From contig NMRA01000665.1 of NCBI GenBank assembly GCA_002633005.1, positions 153,728 through 217,727 of the forward strand: a DNA stretch of 64,000 nucleotides. Reading direction: 5' to 3'. Positions 27,357 through 39,662 of the stretch are shown one piece after another. Source of the stretch: Phoronis australis. Its lineage: Eukaryota; Animalia; Phoronida. The notes under the pieces were generated by a model. That model had not been told where the DNA came from. It worked only from the letters and a program-made list of their open reading frames with translations, and did no database searches. The stretch's first letter is position 1; every line of letters starts with the position of its first letter. Made by a program: the position numbers and the translations under genes.

Positions 27357-28955
27357 TCAATTTTCATCGTCCAAAAAGCGTAAACCGATTTGTCTCCCTA
27401 TCTTAACAAACTGCACACAAACATTTTGTCGAAACAAAAATGATATGGAGATGAGTGTACCTTGTGAAGTGTTTAGAACCATAAAAATATGCCACGTGAT
27501 CTCCTTATCAACAATGTTTGCAATGAAACCAATAATCCATGTCATGCCTGCGCATAGGCAAAGACGAACGATAACCCAAACCAGGCTCCACTGAGGCGCC
27601 ACTTGACTGCGAATTTCCTTGCGGATTCGAAAGAGACGACAAAAAATAACCGAAATAACGACGACATTTACCCCGACCAACACGCCTATTGGAGCACCGA
27701 AGAAGTAAGCAATGGCTGCAGGTTCAGCGATCCAACAAATTTCGTTACCATATCCTACTTCTAGCGGCGAGTCGGGAATAAAATTGAGCACGCACGATGA
27801 ACCGACGATCAAGAGTGGAACTAAAGCTATCAACGGAATTAGCTTACAGGTAAGGTAAAGGTGATTTTTGTTGGACGCTGAGTTAAGCACCATTGATTCT
27901 GTGCTCCATGTCACCTTTGCCACTGAGAAACAGAAAGTAGTTGAGCATGCAAAGTAAAACAAATATAGGCAATGCGTGCTAATTGCCATTGCGACACAAA
28001 GAGGCTTCAGGACAATTGCCTGGGCGCCAAACTGAAAAGATGCCTGTGCTAGACAAAGGGAAGTACATATAATGATTACGTGGCCCCCTCCTTGAGAAGA
28101 CCTCAGTTCCTTGAACAGTACATACACAAACGTAGTAAAGACCAGACCTATTATGGAAACTATCGTCAACCAAAAAGAAACCAATGAAGCCGTGCTCTTC
28201 GTGAGTAGGACATTTGATGGACAGTGTTGTTCAATAATATCCGTGATACTGGAGTATTCTTCTTGACAAATTTCTACGGTGGAGTTATTCACTTTCCGGA
28301 ACCATTTTTGGAAGGTCAGTGGCTCACAGGAATTATTTAAAGCTATTGCCTTTAAGGTATCGATTGTGCTGAGATTTATGTATATACGGGGGCAGTCCAT
28401 CAATACGGAATCTAAAGGAATTTTGCCTTCAGTACCATCAACACGTAGTTGTATGTTTCCCTCTGCGTGTTGATCAAAAATATCAACATTGCTGAAGACA
28501 GATTTGGACATGGTGTTTGCGTAGGCAAACGTTTGGATAGGATTCACGTACGACTTGACGGTAACTTTAGTTTCGATATAAAGAAACTTATAATGATCGG
28601 ACAAAGCGATATCTAAAGAAGATACTTTGTGCAGTTTTAAAGTGACTCTTAAGAAATATTCTGATGCGTTTATGATTTTACATGACACTTCTAACCACCG
28701 AATGATCTTTTCTTTTGTAAGCTTGTCCAGGCTTGGTGGGTGAAAGTAAGGTTTTCTAGGATGCCCTGCTCGTACGTTGACGTAACCGAAGATGGACTGT
28801 GTCGTGTCAAATGATTTTAGTGCCTCCGACCCTGCTGTGACCGGTATTTCTGCTTCGATGAAAAACAAAAGACCGCTAATGTTCTTGTACGCCTCCACAC
28901 AGGTTCCGCAGTCAAGAAAACGCATTGGTCCACAATGCAAAGGCACGTCGTTGCC
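27357..28955 (-). CDS. Exon 2 of class B/Methuselah-like 7TM receptor (distal ectodomain plus 7TM)
   Basis: 532 codons plus stop after a phase-0 ttcccAG acceptor. Seven hydrophobic segments with family motifs VYVLFKELR, C..MAISTH, GYGNEICWI, FGAPIG, GMTWIIGF, LNTSQG. No GPS motif recognised. Confidence 0.9.
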   Translation of the reverse strand, partial: GNDVPLHCGPMRFLDCGTCVEAYKNISGLLFFIEAEIPVTAGSEALKSFDTTQSIFGYVNVRAGHPRKPYFHPPSLDKLTKEKIIRWLEVSCKIINASEYFLRVTLKLHKVSSLDIALSDHYKFLYIETKVTVKSYVNPIQTFAYANTMSKSVFSNVDIFDQHAEGNIQLRVDGTEGKIPLDSVLMDCPRIYINLSTIDTLKAIALNNSCEPLTFQKWFRKVNNSTVEICQEEYSSITDIIEQHCPSNVLLTKSTASLVSFWLTIVSIIGLVFTTFVYVLFKELRSSQGGGHVIIICTSLCLAQASFQFGAQAIVLKPLCVAMAISTHCLYLFYFACSTTFCFSVAKVTWSTESMVLNSASNKNHLYLTCKLIPLIALVPLLIVGSSCVLNFIPDSPLEVGYGNEICWIAEPAAIAYFFGAPIGVLVGVNVVVISVIFCRLFRIRKEIRSQVAPQWSLVWVIVRLCLCAGMTWIIGFIANIVDKEITWHIFMVLNTSQGTLISISFLFRQNVCVQFVKIGRQIGLRFLDDEN

Positions 28956-29334
28956 CTGGGAATGAAATATATGCGATCAAAATTCCAATTGCAACAGTTA
29001 AGTTGTTAAAACTTTCAATGATTTTCGACAAAAATTTCTTTGAAAATTTATCCAGCGATGCCTGCATCTTTTGCATGTTTACTGCAGTGAACATTAAGCT
29101 GTTCCTAGAACGAGCAATATAAAATCATTTATAATTTCTGGCTAACAGAAGTCGAGCTGCCGAGCATCCTTCCATTACATATTCCTAAGATATTTGGTGA
29201 ATTTGGTCTTAATGCTCAGGTAATTATTGTTCAGCCTTCAATTTAGTCTAATGGTTACATTAGGGAGTCATCTAGCCGCATGAAGAGTGGTGTCAAATTA
29301 CAGCTAGGAAAGATGCATGGAACTTTTATATCAN

Positions 29335-29921
29335 CTAAGATTCATGTATATACGGGGGCAGGCCATCAATACGGATTCTAAAAGAATTTTGCCTTCAGTA
29401 CTATCAACATATAGTTGTATGTTTCCCTCTGGGTGTTGATCAAAAATATCAACATTGCTGAAGACAGATTTGGACATGGTGTTTGCGAAGGCAAACGTTT
29501 GGATAGGATTCACGTACGACTTGACGGTAACTTTAGTTTGGATATAAAGAAACTTGTAATGATCGGACAAAGTGATATCTAAAAATGATACATTGTGCAG
29601 TTTTAAAGTGACTCTTAAGAAATATTCCGGTGCATTTATGATTTTGCATGACACTTCTAACCACCGAATAATCTTTTCTTTTGTAAGCTTGTCCAGGTTT
29701 TGTGGGTGAAAGTAAGGTTTTCTAGGATGCCCTGCTCGTATGTTGACGTAACCGAAGATGGACTGTGTCGTGTCAAATGATTTTACTGCCTCCGACCCTT
29801 CTGTGACCGGTATTTCCGCTTCGATGAAAAACAAAAGACCGCTAATGTTCTTGTACGCCTCCACACAGGTTCCGCAGTCAAGAAAACGCATTGGTCCACA
29901 ATGCAAAGGCACGTCGTTGCC
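29335..29921 (-). other. Second, truncated copy of receptor exon 2 (in overlap 28369-29333 / 29335-30299)
   Basis: 966-bp offset duplicate with an intact acceptor, cut off at the single N at 29334. Probably an alternative haplotype or close paralog. Confidence 0.8.
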
Positions 29922-32650
29922 CTGTGAATGAAATATATGTGATCAAAATTCCAATTGCAACAGTTAAGTTGATAAAACTTTCAATGACTTTCGACAAAAA
30001 TTTCTTTGAAAATTTATCCAGCGATGCATGCAGCTTTTGCATGTTTACTGCAGTGAACATTAAGCTGTTCCTAGAACGAGCAATATAAAATCATTCATAA
30101 TTTCTGGCTAACAGAAGTCGAGCTGCCGAGCATCCTTCCATTACATATTCCTAAGATATTTGGTGAATTTGGTCTTAATGCTCAGGTAATTATTGTTCAG
30201 CCTTCAATTTAGTCTAATGGTTACATTAGGGAGTCATCTAGCCGCATGAAGAGTGGTGTCAAATTACAGCTAGGAAAGATGCATGGAACTTTTATATCAG
30301 TCTGGAAATATCTAGGTACCATTTTATCTGTATGAAGATAAATGTCAAAATACATCAAGGTATCGATGTGTGTTATCTTCACACAGACCTCAAAATTTTA
30401 CGCCTCCGTTACATGTACACGTAATTCTTCTAGTAAACTATTCATGGAACGTATATCAACAGGTAGAGCTTATATCCTCATGCAAGTCTGCATGTAAGTT
30501 AATAGAAACTCACCTTGACCATTACAACGAGTTATAAATCCAATACGCTTTACTGTTAATAGAAATTTTAAACCATTCTTTAGGATGCCAGCGACAGCCA
30601 CGCAAACCAGCATGGGTAATATTTTGGAAATCATTAGGAACGACTGTCTACGTCATACGAAGTGTTTTTGAATAAGTTCAGCATATTGAACTTTTTCAGG
30701 TTAAAATACTATCTTCGGGACAGTGGTATACTACATTGTATTTAGAACAATAATAAGTTTGGTTTGTGTCCTTAATCTGGATGGCCATTTGTTAGGCTGG
30801 CCGTTGGTCTGAAGTGTAGATAATTTGAAATGAAATTCCAGCATTTAATGGCCCGACGAGCAGACAGTCTGAAGGGTATATAGTCAAAACGCGAGGCTCC
30901 CTGGCGCTCACCGAATATTTTTTATCGGTTTCACACATGTGTGATTTTTTGGAGGCAAATGTCTTAAAAAGAGAAAGAATGGATCAAAATTCCTACAAAA
31001 TGATATTTTTTACATCTCACCAAACCAAACTTATGTTCTAAATCTCTGCGATTTTGGATATAGACTCTAGCTGTTGGTTTTTATACGGAGTAACTCTTAA
31101 AAAGCTTCATCCCGTCGCCAGTGAAGAATTCAGCTCACTCCAAACTGGCAACTAATAAAATAATTGTATACATGCACTTAATCGTGAAGAAAAAGTTGGG
31201 ACCACTGAAGAACTAAAGTGTAACCTTCTAACTACGGAAGGACAGCTCCCACGGAAGAACCGATAATAAGATGTTTTGAAATGTTACCATTTCTTTCGAA
31301 ATTCAATGACCGATTCTCCGATGTGTTATTTTGACATGAAATATACTCGGCATTTTAGAAATGATCATCGTTAAAATAGCCAATAACTCTCATCTTATAG
31401 TTTTAGAGAAATTCTTCCGAATCAACCAATCGATACATTTTTTGAAATTATTCAGTTCCATGATCTTTCTGAAAATTTTTAATTAAATAACCTATCCTTG
31501 AAGTCAATGTAGCACCGTTTTTCTAACATCTTATTATAGGCAATATTGTAGAGATCTCATGATGACACTTGCGGGGGGTATTTCACGATGTAACGGATAT
31601 TTATGTTGTCCCTGTTTCGTTGTACAACGCGGTATTAGACATTCCATTCCTATAGTTCTATGGTCGGGTCAAAATGTCTTGATGAAGCGACACAGCATGT
31701 TTTAACTGCTAATGCATGTAGCAGAAATAAATCACGAAATAACGTCTACATTTCCATGGGTGGTTCTGTTGGAGATTCCTGATGTAAAATAAAGCTTAGT
31801 TTAAGTTCATTTCAACTGAAAACTTAATTATTAAGATAACAGAAAGGTGTGGTGTTGCTGTTTGGACGAAAAAATATCATATTAACCCCCTTAACTCTCG
31901 ACAGTTTTTGAAACAAACTTCGGATTCAATCGGAATTGTTAGGTACTTACTTGATCACCATGGTATATTTCATTCACACTTCTAAGTACTGAAGTAGCTA
32001 TTTATTTTTCAAAGGGACTTAGCATCAGGCAGTCACAAGGGGGCAACGCTGAAGTACACATGTAATTCTTCGCGTCTGGCAGAGAGGAGAGTGAAACATG
32101 CTGCTGACTTGGGTGTCATTGATTCTTCAAATTTTGACATATTTTTAGTCGCGTTTTCACCAATTTAGTTTCTGTTTGGAGTGTGATTTCCAATCAAGTA
32201 GATATAAGAGCACTATGTAACATTCTTTCTAACAATTCTTTCAGGATGTAAATTTTGTCGTGAATTAAAAGTCACATGACAGAAGCTTACAACTTTACTA
32301 GATGCACTATACGCATTTTTCATATTTAGTTGTGGTCAAATTTGAACATGGACATAAACTAGGATATCCCGCCAAATAAAAATGATTGATGTCCCTCGGG
32401 TTGACGATACAGTACACTTTGAATTGCATTTTAATGCTTTTCATAAAAAACTGGTTGTCACGAATAGGTTAATCTGCTCTTGGCTGTTTGGGTGACGTGT
32501 CGCATTAAATACTTTTGCCTATCACCCAGAATCCACCGTTCGGCGATCGATGTTCCAAAGTTTGTCAAATTTGGCCATTTTTCGAGGGTCATACATGTAC
32601 GTGTACAAAACATCGGGATAAAATTTTCAAGAGCAGGAAGCAACACTTAC

Positions 32651-33637
32651 CGATACTGGGTCAAGCAAAGTATTTTTGTTGCATATGTCAGTGTGCTCCT
32701 CCAAAGTGGTGATAAAGTTGAATATAGCCGAAAATGAGACCTGTGGTATGAAGGCGTCAAAGATATAGTGTTTGTTCAAACAAACCAGGCTATCAGCACT
32801 TACATTATTGCAATGCGCACAATAAATGTTATCATATTGTTTTCCGGTTGTACGATCGACAACAGCGTTGTTGTACATGTTACATTGCTGTTCGGATTCA
32901 GGTAGTAACGCGCAAGATCTGGAAGAGTTTGGAAAGCATTTCTTAATTGATTCCTTGTTTCGAGGGCGCAACAGAAACTGCGTGTCTTGACCGTCAAGCA
33001 TAACGGATGGAGAACTGTAAAGTCGTCTATTCCAAGTGATGGCGTCATCAACTCTTTGAGATGATGGAATCACGAATGTGTTCCAAGGTACCGCGGAGGT
33101 AACATTGTTGCAAAGAGCGCAGTGCACGTTGCGGAAATGAGTGTCGTTGAGCTGAACAGGTACCATGGCGGAAGTACTTCGAAACACGTCATCTAAGTTG
33201 AAAGTAAAGGATGCTTCGTCTTCACACATTCTACGCAATCTGTCTGGAGATTCAGCTGGACACGTAGACACCATGACGACGTATGTAAATTGTTTTAGTG
33301 TCGGAATTGTCAGTTGTTGCGATGTTGCATTGAATTGGTAGTAGAAGTTCGAGATGGAGACGCAGCGCTTTTCATCAACAAACGGTATTCGCGTGTCAAC
33401 GTTTTCTGGACAGGATATGTTGACTTGATCATGTACACCAAGACAACAAGTACCATAATTAATACAGTCCTTTCCACAGTCACAATACTTCTTAATTTTA
33501 CCAAAGCACAGATCCTCTTGTGAACAACGATGACCGTCAGTGGTACACACATCCAAGAAATCAACGGATGCATTCACTACGAACAGTGAAATTGAGATAC
33601 AAAGCAAAAATGAGACAACAGCTCCCGTGCGGAACAT
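32651..33637 (-). CDS. Exon 1 of the 7TM receptor: signal peptide, SMB-like and Cys-rich ectodomain
   Basis: MFRTGAVVSFLLCISISLFVVNA signal; CDCGKDCINYGTCC; repeated FRNVHCALCN and YDNIYCAHCN. 987 nt ending at phase-0 donor TCG|GTAAGT, in frame with exon 2 (DPVS-GNDVPLHCG). Confidence 0.88.
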
Positions 33638-35774
33638 CGCAAAAATTGTTTACCGAACGCTATCATGCTGTAACTTTTATTGTGCGTCGACGATTCCTAA
33701 TGGAGACAAAATAATTAAAGGTGATAATAACACATAATGTATTTTGGATTTTCTTGTGGTAATTATGTACCTAATTTTCTCAGACGCGAAGGAAATCAAG
33801 CAACATTGTGAGTGCACAAATTCATAAAACTACGCCGACTGGAAATTTTTTCTCTTCTTTCATATTTCATATTCCTCCATATCGTTCAAAATTTTACCGC
33901 CCCCTGGTCGTCGGCAAATTCGCACCCTGGCATATGCGGCGAAGTTGGAGAGAGACACACCCCTGGGAGGAAGCCACTAAAACCTACAAACCCGTACTTC
34001 AACAAAGTTTCTCTCGAATACGTTACACGATTAGCTTAGGATTTTGACCTTGAGGATGTCAAAATCATGTACTGCAAATTTATTCTTTCGGGGTTGGAAC
34101 TAAACTGAAAAATCTTATCGCAAACTGCGTAATCTGGAGAAACATTGGGATACATAAAATCGCCAGCTTCCAAATGAGTAAATGGAAACTGTTCTTGGAA
34201 ATTTAAATTAACTGTTTCGTTTTTTGCCGATGCTCAAAACGACGTCTAAGTTTACGAGTAACCTTATTAAGGGTGATCTTCAGAATGAGTGTAGGTGGTG
34301 TGATGTTCTGAGGTACATCTGACTTACCCACGCCTCATTTTTCGGCCGTTTGCATGAAACAGGCAAGTTATAACCGAAGGGATCCCTGTTAGTGCGCACT
34401 TTCTGAAAAGTTCACACTTTTAAGGTCAAGCTTCGAATGTATGATTTGAAATTCAGATTCCAGTGACCCCTAGCTGGTACACTAACACAAATGCTGTTTT
34501 GAAATCCCTTGTTGAAACACCGGTAGGCCTTCCTTAGTTTCTTTTGGTTATGAAACTGAGTTTCATAAATCCATGTTAAAATTAGCCGATACAAATATTT
34601 CCGAGAACATCACTTCAAACTGATGTGCAGTGGTCGGAAGAGAGAATTTCCCCAAATGTGCACCCTGTATTTATGTTCAATGATACATCATCAATTTTTT
34701 ACAGTATTAGCTTCCAATCGTCAAAAATAGTCTGTGAATCAAACGATTAAAAATAGATATAAACGTGTAAACGCGACGCCACTGGACCCTCGCCGGTTAC
34801 CTGGTTAACTGAAGGTTGTTAATTTGTACATGTAAGACATTTTGAAAAAAGAAGTTGTCTATTGCAGTATTTTTAGTTGCAAGACGTAATTTGATTTTAA
34901 AGAAGGCAGTGGGTCCTAGTTCCTTTACTCCGTGTCGTGGGTCCGAGCTTCACTGGGCGACATTGTTGTACCCTAGGTTTGTAGCCTCTCACCTGTGTTT
35001 TCACTGAATTAGTAAGCCAAAAAAGTGGTTTTAGGTGCAATGCGCGTGTACCAGACCGCTGTATTATTATTATAAACACCTATACACCTAAATTCACGAC
35101 AATCTTGCCTAACGTTTGAGTAAAACTGTTTTCTCATGATGTCGTGAAACTGTAACTATTTGCTATGCAAGTTAAATTATCTGGGTCGAAATCGCACAAT
35201 TCTTAATTCGCCGATGGTCGCGTTTGGCAGTGAGTGGTTAAATTGCCGAAAAGTGGGTTTCTGCGAAATAGTAACAAATGGTACTGCCAGCGTACAACGT
35301 GTACTATTTTGGCTACTTCCTCTGGAGCGAAATAATTTGGTTGCACTAATCGTTACGAGTAATCACTAACTGAACGCAGTCCTATGGGCTTTTCTTCCGA
35401 GGTTGTCGTACTGTAGGTGCACATAGTCAAACATCAGACCAACGCAATAACAAGCAAATGAGAACACGATACAACAGCGACCTCCTGTGCTGCATTCTTT
35501 AGTTAACGCGGCTACAAACCCGCTTACCAACCAAGAAAAGAAATTTTGATTTTATACCAATTGGCACTGTAAAATTGGTCTCCGATTATTCCTTTCTCAG
35601 ATGAGAAATGATTTTAAAGTTTTCAAAGCATTGACATTTGAGAAGCCAAAGAGAAGAGACTGGTCTTAGGCGGCAATAAAGAAGAGTTGTGTCAGAATAA
35701 ATATTGCTTAAGTAATTAGTAAGAATAGATCCACTTTAAGTTGCCCAAAATTTGTGCATATGTACTTTTAAATC

Positions 35775-36545
35775 ATGGGATCAGACTTGTTTACATGTCG
35801 CGTCGACGACATGGATGCCTTCCTAGCCCGATTTGAGACGTTCGCCACAAGCCAGAAATGGGATAAATCGGAGTGGGCTGTGGAATTGAGTACATTATTG
35901 ACAGGTAAAGGCCTACAGGTGTTCAACAACATGCCGTCCGACCAAATTAACAACTATGACCAACTAAAGGTGGCGCTGCTGCACAGGTATGAATTAACCA
36001 AAGATGGGTTTCGACGAAAGTTTAGAGATTCCAAGCCTCAAAAGGGTGAAAATGTGTTCCAATTCGGGGCAAGACTGAAAAGGCTCTTTGACCGATGGAC
36101 ACACCTGGCGGAGGTCGAGGCGACTTATGATGGTCTCAGAGACTTACTGATCCGAGAGCAGTTTCTGGGAGTATGCCATCCTGAGATGTCCGTATTTCTT
36201 AGGGAACGGAAACCGAAGACCTTCGACGAGATGTCGGCCATTGCTCAACAGTACATGGACGCCCACTGTACTGGTTTGTTGGGCAAAGGCTTTGTAAAGA
36301 TAGACTTGGGACAGGTAGCCAGAAGACAGGCACCGCCAAGCAACACAGAAGAACGGAGGACAGAGACTCCTCGTTCGTCAATGACCAGAAACAAGGGTGA
36401 CAATGAGTGTTTCAATTGTCATCGGAAAGGTCATCTAGCAAGGGACTGTGGAATGAAAGACTTTCAGTCCAAAAGATTTGCTGCAGGTAAGCAGTCGTCT
36501 GCCTCGCAGCAGGAAAGGGCCAAGACAGAAGACACCAAGAAGTAG
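35775..36545 (+). pseudogene. Gag (SCAN-like capsid region plus CCHC knuckle), 5'-truncated
   Basis: DDMDAFLARFE..W...WA...LLTGK; LRDLLIREQFL...FLRERKPKT; CFNCHRKGHLARDC. Confidence 0.88.
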
Positions 36546-37200
36546 GTGATGTGTCAAGCTGTGGTAGCAAAGGGTAGTCCAATAGAGCAGCACATAGTTG
36601 ATGGTTGTCTGCGATTAGTCGATGGGACATCGATACCCGTAGAGGCAGGGACCTGTGAGAAGCACAGAAAGCCTCCTGCTGACCACAATATGCCCGTTTG
36701 TGACGGTTACGTCAATGAAACAAAAGTACGCATGATGCGTGACACCGGGTGCAGTAGTGCAGCGGTGAAGACGTCCCTAGTCAAAGAAAGTCAACTGACG
36801 GGGAGACAACACATCTGTGTGTTCATAGATGGGACAACACGATCCTCCCTAATAGCGAAGATTGGGGTATATACTCCATACTCCGTTGGTGAAATTGAGG
36901 TGATGTATATGCGAACACCGATATACGACCTCATCATAGGGAATGCTGTTGGCGTCAGCAAGAATCCTGATCCCAATTGGCAGCCACGAGATAGTGTCAT
37001 GTCCGCAGTCACTACTAGAGCAAAGGTTAAGAAGAGAAAGAAACCTATTAAGCCTTTGACGGTGACTCCATCCGGAGTGGAAAGTCTCGACGTCAGCAAA
37101 TTGAAGGACGAGCAACAACGTGATCCTTCCCTACGTAAGCTCATGGAACTTGTTGAGAAAGACAAACCAGCAAGAACACGTGTAGAGGTCAATACTGGTA
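36546..37200 (+). pseudogene. Aspartic protease region of pol
   Basis: RDTGCSS catalytic motif and YDLIIGN. Confidence 0.85.
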
Positions 37201-37228
37201 TGAGAAACAGAAGAAGGCCCTGTACAGC

Positions 37229-38201
37229 GTGTATGCTGATAACACCAAAGAGTTGCGGCAGATAGTTGTCCCTGTCAAATATCGACAACAGGTTATGACG
37301 CTAGCTCACGAGTCAATCGTTGGTGGGCACCTTGCTGTGAAGAAGACTTGTGATAGAATAGCCAGTAGCCTTTATTGGCCAGGAGTTGGCAGTGACATAA
37401 ATCGTTTCTGCAGATCATGTGACATCTGCCACCAAACAACTCCTAAGGGCGAGATTCCACTTATGGAAGAACCGCTCCAGCGTATCGCTGTTGATTTGAT
37501 TGGTCCTGTTTCGCTGATCACAGACAGAGGCAACCGGTACATTCTCACCATCGTAGACTATGCAACAAGATACCCAGAGGCAGTCCCTCTACTCAGACTA
37601 GAAGCTGAGCGAGTCACAGAAGCACTATTTGAAACCTTCTGTAGAATTGGCTTTCCACGAGAGGTGCTTAGTGATTGTGGGACACAGTTTACCTCAGAAG
37701 TACTGAAAGAAGTTGCACGGTTGATATCCATGAAGCAACTGTTCACCACTCCGTACAATCCGAAATGCAATGGATTGTGTGAGCGTATTATAGGTGTACT
37801 GAAGATTATGCTGAAGAAAATGTGCCAAGAGCATCCACAAGACTGGGACCGGTACTTAGCAGCAGTACTGTTCGCCTACCGAGAGGTACCACAAGTGAGC
37901 ACAGGTTTCTACCCATTTGAACTGTTGTAAGGTAGAACCGTGCGAGGGCTAATGCAGGTGCTTAAAGAGTTGTGGACTGGCAATGAAACACCAGACGTAC
38001 GGAACACTTATGAGTATGTCCTCGACTTGCGACATCGTCTGGAAGAGACATGTGAACTGTTGCGGGAAAACTTACGAAATGCTGGTGAAGCATACAAGTA
38101 ACATTATGACAAAAAAACGCGAGATTGTTGCTTCGAAGTGGGAGACCAAGTCTTAATATTGTTACCAACCAACAGTGACAAGCTGCTACTGCAGTGGCGG
38201 G
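37229..38201 (+). pseudogene. Integrase (H2C2 plus DDE core)
   Basis: HESIVGGHL...CRSCDIC, AVDLIGP, VDYATRYPEA, SDCGTQF, NGLCER. In-frame stop at 37928; continues to LLLQWRG. Confidence 0.9.
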
Positions 38202-39582
38202 GAGGTGATAAGTCTGCTAGAAGAGTACTCTGACATCTTTAGTGAAGTACCAGGTACGACCCATCTGGTTGAGCACAAGATTGAGACCATCAGTGAAGAG
38301 CCGGTTAGTGTGAAGCCGTACCCCCTGCCATATGCCGCACGGTCGGTTGTGCAGGAGGAAGTTGACATGTTAAAGTGTGGAGTCATAGAACCATCCGATG
38401 CTCCTTATAACTCCCCGGTGGTCTTAGTGAAGAAGAAGGACGGTTCAAATCGATTCTGCATCGATTTTCGTAGTTTGAACGCCATCACCAAGTTTGACTC
38501 GGAACCGATGGGCAATCCTGATGACATCATGGCTGAGATCATTAAAGACCAGTACATTGTATTTTACGAAGTTCGATCTAAGTAAAGGATACTATTAAGT
38601 CATTGTCGCCGAAGAATCATGACCCAAGACCTCGTTTGTAGTACCAAGTGGTTGCTACAAATTCGTAAAAATGCCATTTGGTCTGGTAAATTCAGCAGCG
38701 ACCTTCAACCGCATGATGAGAAAGATGTTGGCAGGAGCACACAATACAGAACACTATGTGGATGACATTCTGTGCCACAATAAGACCTGGACTGAACACC
38801 TTGCCACCTTGCGAGACACCTTCCAAGGTGTGCGAGAGGCTGAACTAACGATTCGACCCACCAAGTGTTCGGTTGGATCTCGTTCCGTCGATTTCGTTGG
38901 ACATGTGGTCGGTGAAGGGTACCTGGCAATGGATGAAGAAAAGTTAGGACGTATCCGAGAGGCACCGCGACCCAGGACGAAGAAACAAGTTCGTTCTTTT
39001 CTTGGGTTGGCTGGATACTACAGGAAGTTCATCCCAAACTTTGCTGAAATCGCCTTCCCGCTTACTGAGCTCACGAAGAAGAAACGGCCTAACACCATGC
39101 AATGGAAAGAAGCTCAGCAGCATGCATTCGACACTCTTCGAGACCTTCTGATGAGAGCACCCATACTGAGACTACCTAATTTCAGTAAACCTTTTTTTGT
39201 TCAGACTGATGAGTCAGATATTGGTATAGGCTGTATTTTGTTGCAGGCGTATGATGATGGCAGGTTCCCAGTTGCATGGGCTAGTAAGAAACTGTTACCT
39301 CGGGAACGGAATTACTCTTTCAAGGAGAGAGAATGTTTGGCTATTGTATTTGCCATCAGAAAATTTGCGAAGTACTTGTATGGTAAAGAATTTATCATTC
39401 ATACTGACCATCAACCCCTGGCTTACATTCAAAAAAGTAAGTTAGTCAATGGACGCATCATGAGGTGGGCCTTGTTTTTGCAAAACTATCGATTTAAGGT
39501 TGAAGCTATCAAAGGCTCCGAAAATGTTGGTGCCGATTACCTGAGTAGGTTAGAGTATTGGAGATTAATGGAAATTGGGTAA
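38202..39582 (+). pseudogene. Reverse transcriptase plus RNase H
   Basis: SPVVLVKKKDGSNRFCIDFR, MPFGLVN, YVDDIL, FLGLAGYYRKF, TDESD, ERECLA, TDHQPL, ADYLSR; frameshift and stops near 38550-38620. Confidence 0.92.
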
Positions 39583-39662
39583 GAGGTCTAAATGTTTATC
39601 AATATTTAAGACTTCCATGTTGCGAAAATCTTAAGAAGTATTTTCTTGAGTAGGGGCTTATT

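Noticed and set aside
26831-35241. Possible piggyBac-like ends (TTAACCATTCAC / GTGAGTGGTTAA) enclosing the receptor gene
   Set aside because: Only ~13 of 17 bases match and similarity stops immediately; compatible with chance.
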